In this document: piece after piece, positions 25,160 through 38,614 of the stretch
How the letters are laid out: each line of letters begins with the position of its first letter
Numbering within the stretch: the stretch's first letter is position 1
NCBI RefSeq assembly: GCF_006345805.1
Contig: NC_042999.1
Span: 27,342,001 to 27,406,000 of the forward strand
Length of the DNA: 64,000 bases
Origin: Octopus sinensis
Lineage: Eukaryota
Direction of reading: 5' to 3'
The notes under the pieces: model-generated
Told to the model about the DNA's origin: nothing
Seen by the model: the letters and a program-made list of their open reading frames with translations, nothing else
Databases searched by the model: none
Translations under genes and position numbers: made by a program

Positions 25160-28100
25160 AAATGTTTTTGGAAACTAAAAGGAAAACTAAATCAGTATAC
25201 CAAATCGCTTGTCCTATGGTTAATCTGGAAGCGCGTCCACCAGGGAAGAGCCAGCCTGGGATCGAAAAGTCATCAACTGGCACAAACTCTTCTCCGAATA
25301 CGGACATGGATGGTCACTTGAACGGGAAATCCCCAACTCGAGCCCTCCAAGTTCACCACCACACCACCACAGAAAGAAAAATGTAAGCAGAACAAATGGA
25401 CCCGAGAAGAGTATAAAGAAGTAATATACGCTTATTACTATGCATTAGGTAGGCCATCTCAAGAGAGACACACCGCAAACTCTTATCAAGACAGTAGGCC
25501 CTATTTGGACGAGAACAAATTAGCAAATGTGAGGAGGGATATCCTTAGAAATAACAGACTCACAGACAGTAAAATAAGCGCGATCAAGCACGCAACGGAA
25601 AATGACATAAATATAAGACACAAAGGAAATGAAGAATCAGATGACAGTATAGCCCGCCACGAGGCTTAATTGAAAGACTGCCATCTGACCAAAGTACGCA
25701 AAGGCCTGAAGATACAAGAAATTCTATTGTACCTGTTAAGATAGCCAGGAAAACGAAAAACAACAGTAACTGAAGATCTCGCATTTGCTGAAGAACACAG
25801 AGTCTATGGCAGAAATGAGGCAGAAAATCCTGAATACGCTTGAAGTTGTAAGACATACAAGTATGAATGATAGAGAACCACTTCATAAACTCTCAAATAC
25901 AAACCAAAATAAAAAAAACAAATCCAAATTGGCAACTATGTAACAAATGGAATAATAGAATTAAAACCTGATTTTACTGAGTTAAATGAAATTATTTACG
26001 CTTCTGCTAGGGCAATTGAAACCAGCTGTATTCCCCGAAAAAACAAAAAAACAAAACCTGGGAAGAATCAAACCTGGAGAAGTAAAATTGAAAAAGAGAT
26101 TGAATTTATGAGAGGGGAAATATCAATATTAATTAACTAATATGTGGAAATGATGTAAGATCCAGAACAGGAAGAAAGATGAAGAGAAAATTTGGATCCT
26201 CACCAAGAGAAGAACTGATATCAATAAAAGAAACGCTGAAACAAAAAGTCCAAGCAAATCCCAAAGAATACGAAGATTTGAGAAGAAACAATTTTACAAG
26301 CAAAATAAGCTGTTCACATCCAATGCCAAAAAAATTCTACAGAGAAATAGGGAAGGAGAAAGTAACTGTTAAAGACGCCCCTCCCATGGAAGAAGTTCAA
26401 AACTTTTGGAAAAGGATTGGAGTGACAAGAAGACGCACAACATAAATGCAGACTGGATTATACAAACTGAAGGATCCTACCAAAATTTACAACCAAGCAT
26501 GGGAAGACATCACAATAGCAGACCTAAGAAGGCACTCACGAAGGCCCATAATTGGAATCCCCCAGTAAAGATAGGGTGCCGAATTTCTGGCTCGCATCGC
26601 TCCCATGCGCACACGGTAAGCTAATTCAGCTGCTCAATGGAATTATGAGAGACCCAAAGAAAACACCTGAATGGTTAGCAAGTGGCATTACTTACCTACT
26701 CCCAAAGAATACGAAACCAACCTTCCAAAAAACTATCGGCCTATAACCTGTCTATCCACCACGTATAAAATCCTAAATCTATCCTGGCGGAGAAAACATA
26801 TGCATTCATGGAGAAGAACGATATTTCCCATTGAACAAAAAGGGTGCCGCCGAGGCTCTTACGGATGCAAGATCAACTGCTAATCACCGTATGATCCTGA
26901 GAACTGTCACAACAAGCGCAGAAATCTCAGCACCGCATGGATTGACTATAAAAAGCCTTCGACAGTATAACGCATCCATGGATCTTGAGATCGCTGGACA
27001 TCTTCAAAATTTCCCCTGTGATTTCAAACTTCCTGAAGCACAATATGTCGTTGTGGAATACGAATCTCCAATTATACCACTCTAATGGAGTACTTGCCTC
27101 AGAAAATATAAACATCAACTGTGGAATTTTTCAAGGTGACTCACTTTCACCTTTAATATTCTGCATAGCCCTAATACCCCTTACAAGTGAATTAAACAGA
27201 ACAGGGTATGGGTATAAAATTGCCAATAAAAAAATAAGCCATCTATTTTATATGGATGACTTAAAACTTTATGGTAAAGACAATAATGAACTTGAAGGCC
27301 TATTGCGCACCGTGAAAGTATTCAGCGATGACATCGGGATGGAGTTTGGACTTGAGAAGTGTGCCAAGGCCACTTTCCAGAAAGGGAAAGTGAAGACCAC
27401 AAATTCAGTCGTGTTAGATGTTGACACAGTCATAAGAGAGCTTGAGCAAGAACAAACATACAAATATTTAGGGATAAATGAAGGCTCTGGTATTCAGCAT
27501 GCAAGCATGAAAGAGAAGATCAGGAAGGAATGTTATAGGAGAGTTCGTGCAGTCCTGAAATCTGAACTAAATGCACGTAACAAGGTGTTAGCTATAAATT
27601 CCTTAGCAGTTCCAGTTGTTACTTATAGCTACAATGTGTTGAACTGGAATATGAGTGAAGTGAAGAATATAGATAGAAAAATACGCAAGCTGCTGAGTTG
27701 TAATAGGATGCACCACCCAAACAGGCAGACGTAGATCGCCTTTACCTTCCCAGAGCCCAAGGAGGTCGAGGCCTGATCCAATTTGAACTAGCTTACAAAA
27801 CAACCACAATTGGACTGGCCAAATATCTCGAAATATCGAATGACTGGATGCTAAAGCTCGTGGAAAATCACGAGAGACGAAAGAAGCTTCATTCTATTAT
27901 AAAGGAAAGCAAAAAATTTGCTATTGATCTCGTGCAGGATACCCAAACTGAACAACCCGAGGGAAGTACGGCAACTATTGTTGCAAAGAAGGTGAAAATG
28001 ATGGCAATGAAAAAAGCGCACGAGCAATTGGCTGATAGGTGGGAGGAGAAACCTCTGCACGGCAAATATGTGACCCGCAGCAAACAAGCTGATGTTGACT

Positions 28101-28975
28101 AGAAGCAAACCCATCAGTGGCTACGGAGCTCAGGGCTAAAAGCAGAGAGCGAAGGTTTCATCCTGGCTGCTCAAGATCAAAGCCTATTAACCCGGAACTA
28201 CCAGGCCAATGTGATGAAAAATGGAGCAGACCCAAAATGCCGATTCTGCAACGACATGATTGAAACAGTGGACCACCTAATCTCTGGATGTAAAGTCTTA
28301 GCACCAGTGGAGTATAAATTAAGACATGACAGAGTTGGCCAATATCTACACTGGCTAATAAGTCGGCATTACAATATCAAACTGCCGACAAGTGGTATAA
28401 TCACCACCCTGAGGCTGTAACTGAAGGAGAAATGTAACCATTCTGTGGGACTTTCCAGTACATACAGACCGAACCATCAAGGCCAATAACCAGATATTGT
28501 TGTGAAAGACCAAAACAATAAAGTTTGCTTATTGATCGACATGAGCATCCCCTGTGATCATAATATCTCAGCGAAAGAGTTTGACAAGCTCAGAAAATAT
28601 AAAGACCTACTCATTGAAGTTGAGAAAATGTGGCATCTCAAGGCGGTTACAATACCAGTGATCGTAGGAGCACTAGGAATGATCAAGAAGGGAACCGAAA
28701 ATTATATGAGAATGATCCCTGGCTTACCATCCCTGCAAGAAGTGCAAAAGATTGTCTTAACTGGTACATCACACGTATTGAGAAGAGCATTGTCGCTGTG
28801 AGAACTGTTGCTGCTCATGTATTTTTAATTTAACTTCAAAAAAAAAAAAAAAAAATGAACGAACTACTGAGTTTGGTTTAATGGCCTACCAATGTATACT
28901 ATGAGTTTCTTTGCCCTAGGAGTCGGGAAGACACTCGGCAAGAAATGGAAGCAAATTTGAAAGAAGAAAAAAAAA
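25160..28975 (+). mobile_element. Near full-length RLE-type (R4/Dong-like) non-LTR retrotransposon, copy 2; single ORF broken by stops and frameshifts
   Basis: N-terminal RTKWTREEYKEV; RT motifs NYRPITCL, GIFQGDSLSPL, FYMDDLKLYGK and YKYLGI; CCHC motif CRFCNDMIETVDHLISGC; RHDRVG; RLE motifs LLIDMSIP and KLRKYKDL. Stop at 28801, then a 3' UTR and (TAA)n. Confidence 0.95.
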
Positions 28976-29033
28976 CTAATAATGATAATAATAATAATAA
29001 TGATAATAAGATGATATGATGAATGATGAAATG

Positions 29034-29084
<51 letters not shown>

Positions 29085-29092
29085 TAATAAAT

Positions 29093-29644
29093 GCCCTGAT
29101 GCAGTACCAGGCAGTGGCTCTCATGGCTTCTGATCTTAACTGATTGGAAGTGTTATCATGTACATTGTTTTGTCTTGGTATAAAAGATGGGCTACAGCAA
29201 ATATTCTGCTCAATACCACAGATTTGCTTGTCAGTTGTTTGACCTTAACCAGTTGAGCATGTCCCTTCGTGGCTGACAAATGTGCATCTCTGATCACGAG
29301 CAGAAGTAGTGGGGGAGCATCATAGCCATGTGTTGAGAGGGATTCTTTGGGGTTTGAATAGTTCACCTCTGGAAACATGGGTGGTTCTTTCAACATCCTT
29401 AAAAACCCTTATTCAGGGACCGTTTGAGCGGGATGGGCTACTCAATCTGAAGAAAATTCTAACTGGGCCCCACCTGCAAGGTCATGTGCTGTTATCTTGA
29501 TATGAGATCACCATGTCGCGCACATATGGTTGATGTGCATGTGCCTGGTGTACCTTTATCAGACGGGTAGTCATGATGGGTATATTGGGCTTCGTATATT
29601 TTACCCCAGTGTCACTTTGATGGCATGCACTGCTCTCTCACTCA
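29093..29644. repeat. Unclassified 550-bp non-coding element bounded on both sides by (TAA)n
   Basis: Complex sequence GCCCTGATGCAGTACC...CTCTCTCACTC with sharp borders against TAA arrays and no credible ORF. Confidence 0.5.
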
Positions 29645-30485
29645 ATAATATAATAATAATAATAATAATAATAACAATAATAATAATGATAATAATAAGA
29701 AGAAGAAAAATAATAATAATAATTATAATAATAATAAAAATAATAATTCAACCTTCATCCAGCTATAAATACCCAGGAATACTTGAGGCAGATGGAGTCA
29801 AACACCACGACATGAAGGAAAAGACAAAAAGAGAATAACAGCGGCGATTGAGGAAAATATTGGCTTTAAAGTCTAATGCCAGAAACATAATTTCGGCAAT
29901 AAAATCGCGCTCATTCTCAGAAGTTCGGTATGGCGCTGGATTCCTGAAGTGGACGGAGGAGGAGCTAAAGGAGATGGACAGGAAGTCAAGACAGTTCCTA
30001 ACTTTGCATGGATCCCATCATCCACGTGCTGACACTGATCGCCTTTACATAAAAGGGGCACATGACTTTGTAAATGAACAATCTGGTGTGTTTATTTTAA
30101 TTTTTTTTTTCTACTCTAGGAACAAGGCCCGAAAGTTTGGAGGATGGAGCCAGTCGATTAGATCGACCCCGGTATGCAACTGGTACTTAATTTATCGACC
30201 CCGAAAGGTTGAATGGCAAAGTGTGGAAGACTGCGTGCGTATCGAACTCGAGAGTTTAATGAGATACCTAGCCCCAAATAAGGAAACCTTGCTAGTGACA
30301 TTTAGGACCGAGGGAGTATTAAGAGCAAAAAGAAAAACAGAAAACGAAGTACAAAAAAGACATGAGTAAGAATATACATGTAGGGACTACACAGTTAAGT
30401 CCATGTAGCCACCAAAGAAGTTGCTTGAAAGAAAAAGGGGATTGGCTGATGAAAAGGACACTAAGGAGGGACACCGAGAGCACTA

Positions 30486-30721
30486 TACCTATTTCTTTAT
30501 TACCCACAAGGGGCTAAACACAGAGGGAACAAACAAGGACAGACATAGGTATTAAGTCGATTACATCGACCCCAGTGCTTAACTGGTACTTAATTTATCG
30601 ACCCCGAAAGGATGAGAGGCAAATTCGACTTCGGCGGAATTTGAACTCAGAACGTAAACGTAGACGAAATACCGCTAAGCATTTTGTCCCGGCGTGCTAA
30701 CGTTTCTGCCAGCTCGCCGCC
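30486..30721 (-). mobile_element. SINE family A, full length
   Basis: Matches the family A sequence end to end. Confidence 0.9.
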
Positions 30722-30724
30722 TTA

Positions 30725-31282
30725 TATACCGCACTATACCGGCAACACAAAACCAATCTTTGACCACGAAATGGAGGGTCAACCTTATGAATGAATAAGT
30801 TCTCCGCTGTGCCGCATCTGCAATAGAGTGGATGAAAACATTGCCCGTATCACGAACGAATGCTGCATCTCTCACAAACGCCGCCGATTTGAGGCTCACG
30901 ACCGCGTGATCTCCAACCACTCCTTATTCCAGCGGCGAACGCCGTAGATATGGGGGCCTAGGTTGGGTTCCAGATCAGCCTTGACCGTCATCAGCCAGGT
31001 TTTTCGTTGTCCACCACATCGCTTTCGCCAACTCTGAAGGGGAGCTGGGGCAATTGCTTTGTAGATGAATTCTTCTGGTTGACAACGGAGTGCATGACCC
31101 AGCCAACGCAGACGTCTCGTTAGGATGACTTGTCGGAGGGATGTGATTCTGCACTGGTGTCGCACCGAATTGTTGGAGACAAAGTGACGCCATCGGACAC
31201 GAAGGATGCGGCGTAGACATGGTGGACACGGTGCAACGCATATGCTATATAGTTGATGATTTTGCCTGCCCCTTTGACCCAT
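30725..31282 (-). mobile_element. RTE-type LINE 3' fragment
   Basis: LRRILRVRWRHFVSN, RRLRWLGHALR and GGQRKTWLMTVKADL, the typical RTE ORF C-terminus. Confidence 0.8.
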
Positions 31283-31509
31283 GAATAGTCAAGGAGGAAG
31301 GCAAAAAGATAGACAAATACAACCCTCTTAAGTGCGAAATAGCCTTGTTATGGAAAATGAAGAAAGTGAAGATAGTGCCAATTACTGTTGGGTCCCTGGG
31401 AACAATATCAGAAGACATCACGCGATGCAGTCATCAAGGGTAGTAGGAGGTTTTGAACGTGAAACCGTCCTTCACAGTTCTCTTTAACCACACAATAATG
31501 TAAAGGTAA

Positions 31510-31735
31510 TATATTTCTTTACTACCCACAAGGAGCTAAACATAGAAGGGACAAACAAGGAAAGACAAAGGGATTAAGTCGACCCCAGTGCGAAACTGGT
31601 ACTTTATTTATCGACCCCGAAAGGATGAAAGGCAAAGTCGATCTCGGCTGAATTTGAACTCAGAACGTTACGGCAGACGAAATACCACTAAGCATTTCGC
31701 CCGGCGTGCTAACGATTCTGCCAGCTGGCCGCCTT
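31510..31735 (-). mobile_element. SINE family A
   Basis: Matches other family A copies. Confidence 0.85.
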
Positions 31736-31949
31736 CAATAATGTGAGCGTAATAGTAAGTAAATATAGTAGTGGCGGAATCAGTATCCACAACAATAGCA
31801 GTAGCAAGAACAATGACATGTCAATCAGAGAAGCTATCAAGCTCACCAGCAGCAGCACCACTACCACCACTACCAAGCAAAAAAGAAAAAAAAGAACGGC
31901 AGCGACAACTATGATATTAACATCAAGAGCATCAGCAGAGAAAGACAGC

Positions 31950-32460
31950 ATTTTTTTTTTCTTAGTCAATATCAGAAACGCTTTCGATCTCATTTCGCAA
32001 GACTATAAGAGTGAGTATTTAGAAGCAGCAGAGAAATACATCAACGGAGTAGAGCAGAGAAAATTTACGGTCAATACAATAGAGCACCTAACAGAAAGGT
32101 AAACAATTCAGCATTGTATGCTCATCGACAAAATGATTCAAAGTAAAGTGTATGCTTTCAGAGCAAGAAGAAGTCTACTTAAGGAACACATAGAAAGACA
32201 GCAATTATGGGGGAGATTCCCAAACATTCGGATTTATCCGACTTATTTTCATCTCAGAGCACCTATCCCTACAAGCACTCCATTCCCCCAAAAATTACTA
32301 AAGAATTTACTGCGAAGCTGATTACCAGGGGTGGAGTGTAACACAAATAAAAATCTTAAATCACCACCAGATGTAGACTTCTGGTGAATGGGGAAATACG
32401 AAGATTTCATTGCAAGAAAGAAAAGAGATTCCGAAAAGAAAGAGGTGGGCTTGATTTGGG
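31950..32460 (+). pseudogene. Possible decayed ORF1 of the downstream L1/Tx1-type LINE
   Basis: Lies upstream of ORF2 on the same strand and contains the remnant RLLVNGEIRRFHCKKEKRFRKE, which resembles a zinc-knuckle region. Weak. Confidence 0.3.
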
Positions 32461-32557
32461 CTGGAGATTCTACTTCAGTTCAAACGTGAGGCACATGACA
32501 AAATCACCGACTGAGGTAGTTCGCGGGGAAGCGGTAACTAAAAGTGGCAATAGAAGT

Positions 32558-32791
32558 GGCGGCGAGCTGGCAGAAACGTTAGCACGCCGGGCGAAATGCG
32601 TAGCCGTATTTCGTCTGTCGTTACGTTCTGAGTTCAAATTCCGCCGAGGTCGACTTTGCCTTTCATCCTTTCGGGGTCGATAAATTAAGTACCAGTTATG
32701 CACTGAGGTCGATGTAATCGACTTAATACCTATGTCTGTCTTTGTTTGTCCCCTCTGTCTTTAGCCCCTTGTGGGTAATAAAGAAATAGGT
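32558..32791 (+). mobile_element. SINE family A, full length
   Basis: 8-bp TSD AATAGAAG at 32549-32556 and 32792-32799. Confidence 0.92.
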
Positions 32792-33689
32792 AATAGAAGG
32801 TTGACGGCATCAATGCTACAATTGCCGAAATATTAATCACCTCAAGGTATTCTACTTCCAGCAATAACAGAAAAGAATATTTGAGCCTCCACAACTGCCA
32901 ACATCACAATTTCTATACCAGTAGCAGCAATGATTGCAATATGGGCTACAAACTGAAAGCAGCACCTACTGGAACAACAGTAACAAGAAAATGAAGAGTG
33001 GAAACAACAGTAACAAAATCTAAAAAAGAATGTTTACTCTCAAGAGCCAGTACATTACTAACAACAATAGAAAGCTCCTAAAGAAGAACAAAACAAATTA
33101 CAATATCACTGGTGGAAGCCATTCAGGCATATGTATCGCAGGTGAGGATGAGGAGATTAATTGCAAAAAGTTACAAATGCAAAGGAAAAATTAGAAAACA
33201 TACATACAAAAACTGGCAGACACAAGTAGGAGAATTGCTAGTTGTGTAGCGATGTACCAACACTTTTGTACCAGTTTTTGCTCCAATACTATTAACACTA
33301 TCATAACCATCACTACTGCCTCCATTATTAGAGATACCATCATTACAAGCTCAATTCACATGACAATGACATTCAGATAAAACACACAGCGTAATTTAAA
33401 AGAGCCCGTTAACTATACAGCCATAAACGAAAGCAATAAAAACTAATGTGTTGCATACACAACATACAAGTAACACACATTAACTATTTCAGTTACCAAG
33501 AGTATTCCAGCTCGAATAAAATCACCTAAACCTTATAACAGGTTTTTTTGTCTCTTAAAAATTAAATACTTCGACTCCCAAAAGTATAAAGGACTTCTGG
33601 AGAAATATAAGCAAAATACTATGTAAAGAACCCTTTGTGGGAAGAGTCACGTTCAAACGTAGGGACGGAATAACTGTATATTCGCAGGA

Positions 33690-35500
33690 TCAAGGTAAGC
33701 AGGGCTTTCTCACCTTCCTTTCTCTTTTTTGTTTAATGGGCTTACTTAAAATAGACAGCATGTGACCTATGGTCACCATGGAAGTAGATCTAACAAGTCA
33801 ACGACTCAAGTAACTAGAAATAGATATGGTAACCATTAGTGAGACTAGAATTTCCGAGCCACAAGCCCACGATGTGAGCAGCAGTGAAGATGGTGGCTTC
33901 TGACTATTAACTGTCTATACCTAGTCAAGGGCTAGCAACCAGATTTCTTCATGCATTTGGAGAGATTCTTCAGAATGTCCACTCATTAGTGTTAATGGGC
34001 GATTGGAAGACAATCTTACATCCCCGTTTGGATTGTGTAGGATTAGCTGATAAGATAGGGGCTGCAAAATCTTCACAAAATTTCACATGTATTTCCAACT
34101 GTCCGTCAGGTGCCTATTTCCAGATTATGACAGTGTGGACATGGATAAACGATAACGGGTGATCTTGATCATATCTGGCAAGAGTATTCTCAAAGCTAGT
34201 GAAAGAATAGCATAGGTTATCCTCAATTTAAGTCGATACATATACAGACCTTTAATTTAGGATTTGTACACTTCACACAGATAGGCCTCGTAGGCAGGGC
34301 CTTCGATACTGGAAGCATCGTTTCTGACATGCCAAACTTGCAGAGAACGAGAGAACGAATTAGTTTAGCGAAAGTTGTCTAGGAAAGAGACAATCGTTAA
34401 CAACAAATGGTGTGATTAGTGTGGTATTGAAAAGGTTTATTTGAATTATAGCGATAGAGAAAACTAAAATGGAGGCAAACTTAGGCAAAAATTTTAAGAG
34501 GCGCTTAGGAAAAGCATTGTAGCCAACGTGATCCTGCGTGATTGGTCATTGATCCCTTCTTCAATTCTTAAGTTCATTCTTCCAAGCAAAGCACGAAGGC
34601 TGAGTTGTCCGAGCTAAGAGACGAGATCTAAAACATGAAAGAAGTAAAGCAGTCCAATTGGCCTGAGTGGTGGAGACGCAAGCTGACAGCGAAGCCACTG
34701 TTCAATCTTTGGTGGAATGCAATGAGCGCATGAACTTCGGGTCGACTTTCGGGGCGGATATTGAGCCATAAGCTAGCTTGGATTTCAATACCTATTTTAG
34801 CAGCCCGCCGCGACTCTCAGTACGAGAGGCGGTGTGCTGCGAAAATCTTATAGAAGCGATGGTTAGTTCAATGAGTGTCAAAACGGTCGGGTTGGATTAT
34901 CTGCTCTATGTGCTTCATTTTAATACGCCAGTGTTTGGAGATTTCTTGGTAGATAGCTACCGCAACTTGCAGTTGAACAGAAATATTTCCAGTCCTTCGA
35001 TTCCAAGATCTACTGTGTGTCTAGGAAAGGCAAAGAGGGGGTACCAAATCGATATCTTTAGGGTTATGACTGTTAAAAGCAGATTTCGAAATTCTGATAC
35101 GTCGGTCAACGGTTTGACGCTTGTTGTCTATGATCTAATTGTTGATGTGCAAACTTCAATGTCCCAAAGAGATACATTCACAAAATAAAACCACTTCATG
35201 CGATACATAAAAACGAAGGCAGGTAAGGATCTTGACATGGGTGGGGCGCTAATCAATTTAGATCAATCAAAGGCTTCCCAAAGGAACGACCACGAACACT
35301 TGGTAACTGTCTTCACGACAGCTAGTTTCGGTCCTGCTTCCGCTGTTAGATTGCGAGAGAGTTAAGTTTACAGAATATGCGTGGGGAGGGAAGACGAGAG
35401 AAGAATGAGCTAAATTTACACGGAGTTAGATGAATTCGCTTTGAGGGACATTGATCACTGAAGGATGGTATAAAATGCAGGTATGTTGGGGAGATTAATT
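33690..35500 (+). mobile_element. L1/Tx1-type LINE ORF2 remnant (APE endonuclease and RT N-half), heavily decayed
   Basis: LEIDMVTISETRISEPQA, LVLMGDWKTILHPRLDCVG, WTWIND, LRYWK, QIDIFRVMTV and GGALINLDQSKA. Confidence 0.85.
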
Positions 35501-35830
35501 AGTACGAGATTTCATAGATTGCTGGTCCACTCATGTCTTACGCCATTCCTAAATTGCTGGTCTAGGGCCAAACTTTGTAACCATTTAACTGAATAAATAC
35601 ACCAAGCAAATTGCATTTCCTGTTTGCGTATATGTGTAAATAAATATATATATTGACAGAATAGGTGTAGATACAGATATCCAAGTATACATACATACAT
35701 GTGTGTGTATATGAACGTGTTTGTATATATGCATGTATATATATATATGTAAGGTGTATATAGTTATATATATATATATATATATTTGTATACATACATT
35801 TATACACACACATATATATATATATATATA

Positions 35831-36254
35831 GGCGCAGGAGTGGCTGTGTGGTAAGTAGCTTGCTAACCAACCACATGGTTCCGGGTTCAATCCCACTGCG
35901 TGGCATCTTGGAAAGTGTCTTCTGCTATAGCCCCGGGCCGACCAATGCTTTGTGAGTGGATTTGGTAAACGGAAACTGAAAGAAGCCTGTCGTATATATG
36001 TATATACATATATATGTATGTGTGCGTGTGTTTGTGTGTCTGTGTTTGTCCCCTTAGCATTGCTTGACAACCGATGCTTGTGTGTTTACGTCCCCGTCAC
36101 TTAGCGGTTCAGCAAAAAGAGACCGATAGAAGAAGTACTGGTCTTACAAAAAGAATAAGTCCTGGGGTCGAGTTGCTCCACTAAAGGCGGTGCTCCAGCA
36201 TGGCCGCAGTCAAAATGACTGAAACAAGTAAAAGAGTAAAAAGAGTAAAAGAAT
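35831..36254 (+). mobile_element. SINE family B, full length
   Basis: GGCGCAGGAGTGGCTGTGTGGTAAG head, B-box-like GGTTCAATCCC and (AAAAGAGT)n tail. Confidence 0.92.
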
Positions 36255-36847
36255 ACATTTGTATACATACATTTATACACACACATATATATATATTATA
36301 TACATACATACATAAATGTATGAGTGCATGCTATATAGGTATCTCTGTGTATGTGAGGCGGGGTTGTGCATATAGCTGTGCGAATATGTGCAGCATGCAG
36401 GGTTCCCCGATAAGTGTGCATCATTACTATTTTAAATTGATTACACCAGCTACCACCACTAACAACATCATCATCATCATCATCAACGATAACACCGGCA
36501 ACGAAAGACAATTACCACAGAAATAATCTCTCTACTAATGGTGTTTTTAATGGAATAACAAGTACATTTTAAATAGGAATGAACATCTCTATGGTAAAAG
36601 AAAACAATTATCTCTTATCGGCTTTCCTCTCAGTAATTTCATGAATTGGCTCAAAACACGTTTCTTGAGCATTGAAAATTGGAATATTTAACATTAACAC
36701 AAACACACTCACTACACACACAAACACGCGCGCTCACACGCACACACACACATGCATCTATTTATCTTTCTATCAATAACACATATTTGGGTACGTAACA
36801 TATTTACGCACACACACGCGCGTACATATGCATACTCATGTACATGT

Positions 36848-37272
<425 letters not shown>

Positions 37273-38118
37273 TACATCCCTCTCTCTTTTTATACTAATT
37301 CAGTTATAGAAATCTTCGAAAATCTATCGAATCATCCTGATTATTGTCGGAAGAAACTATGTTTTCCGTGGAATTCCAAATTTTATTCTTATACACTTCT
37401 ACCTTACTCTCGTTTCCAGTACATATGTGCATACATAACATATATAAATAGCTATGTGTGTGTGTGTGTGTGCGTACTTGTGCATGCGTGCGTCTGTGTA
37501 TGCTTGTATGCATATACGACTTGGTGTAGAAACAAAAGTAAAAGGCACTCAACGCATTTAGTACGAGGTACATATTGTTTATTACAATTTGATTGGGCTC
37601 CTTGAGATTTAAATTTTCACAAGCTTCTTAAAGAAATCTAGCTCATTCCAGTTCAGTTTATCGATTGAAGAAATATAGGAAATCCAGAACAGCTACAGGA
37701 AACTGGGCCTCTATTAATCAAGAGAGGGCCGCATGTTCTTGTTAGAAGTGAGATCAGCATTTCAGCGACCCAGATGCATGAGAAATGACAATTTCTTGGA
37801 CCGCATGGCTAGACAGGAACCTGGTGGCACCGTCCAATCTGGTTGACCCTTGAAGGGAATTGGAGGCTAACAGAAATGTGACTGCCGAGGAGGTGTGTGT
37901 GGGTGTGTGTGTATGTATGTGTGTGTGGGTGTGTGTATGTATGTGCGTGTGGGTGTGTGTATGTATGTGCGTGTGCGTGTGTTTGTGTGTGTGTGTGTGC
38001 GTGTTTGGTAACCTGCGTGCGAATGTGTACGTGTGTGTATATGTGCGAATACGCTTGCGCTAGTGCCTGCTGTCTCGCTGAGACAAACACGGGCACATAC
38101 ACACATACATACATACAC

Positions 38119-38178
<60 letters not shown>

Positions 38179-38614
38179 CTGATGTACCCGGGAATTCCCG
38201 GGAAGGCGGGTTTACCCCTTAATTACGTTCTCATAATTGTTTCGTTAATCAAATACAAAGTACGAACAATACAAAGTACGTAGCTCTTAAAACGTTTTTT
38301 TGTGCATTTACAGAGGATACCGAACTGTCTTACACAAGATCTTGCTTTTAAGAATTCCCAATAAGTTATGAATACCCAAATTCTGAAGTCAGTTATGTAA
38401 TAACATGGAATTACCCGATAGTAAGAATTCAAATAAAGTAGCCCAGAAAAGGGCTTTATTGCATTCCCAGAGTATATAGAACTTAGGTGGAAATACTAAT
38501 AAGGTGTGTATGCCAAAATCGTGAAGCATGTTACGTAATGACAGGCTAATCAGATATGAGATAATAATAATTCAAAGTAAATAACTCTGAAAAGGCTTTT
38601 TGTGCTTATGCTGC

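Larger units (their letters stand above)
29750..31430 (+). mobile_element. 5'-truncated RLE-type LINE, copy 3 (different subfamily), fragmented by nested insertions
   Basis: YKYPGILEADGVKHHDMKEK, HHPRADTDRLYIK and SVEDCVRIELESL; resumes at about 31285 as KIDKYNPLKCEIALLWKMKKVKIVPITVGSLG. Confidence 0.8.

Noticed and set aside
25060-25160. HDV-like ribozyme at the 5' end of the near full-length RLE LINE
   Set aside because: It would be expected from R2/R4 biology, and TCCCC and GCTAA motifs are present, but I could not build P1, P1.1 and P2. A descriptor search is needed.
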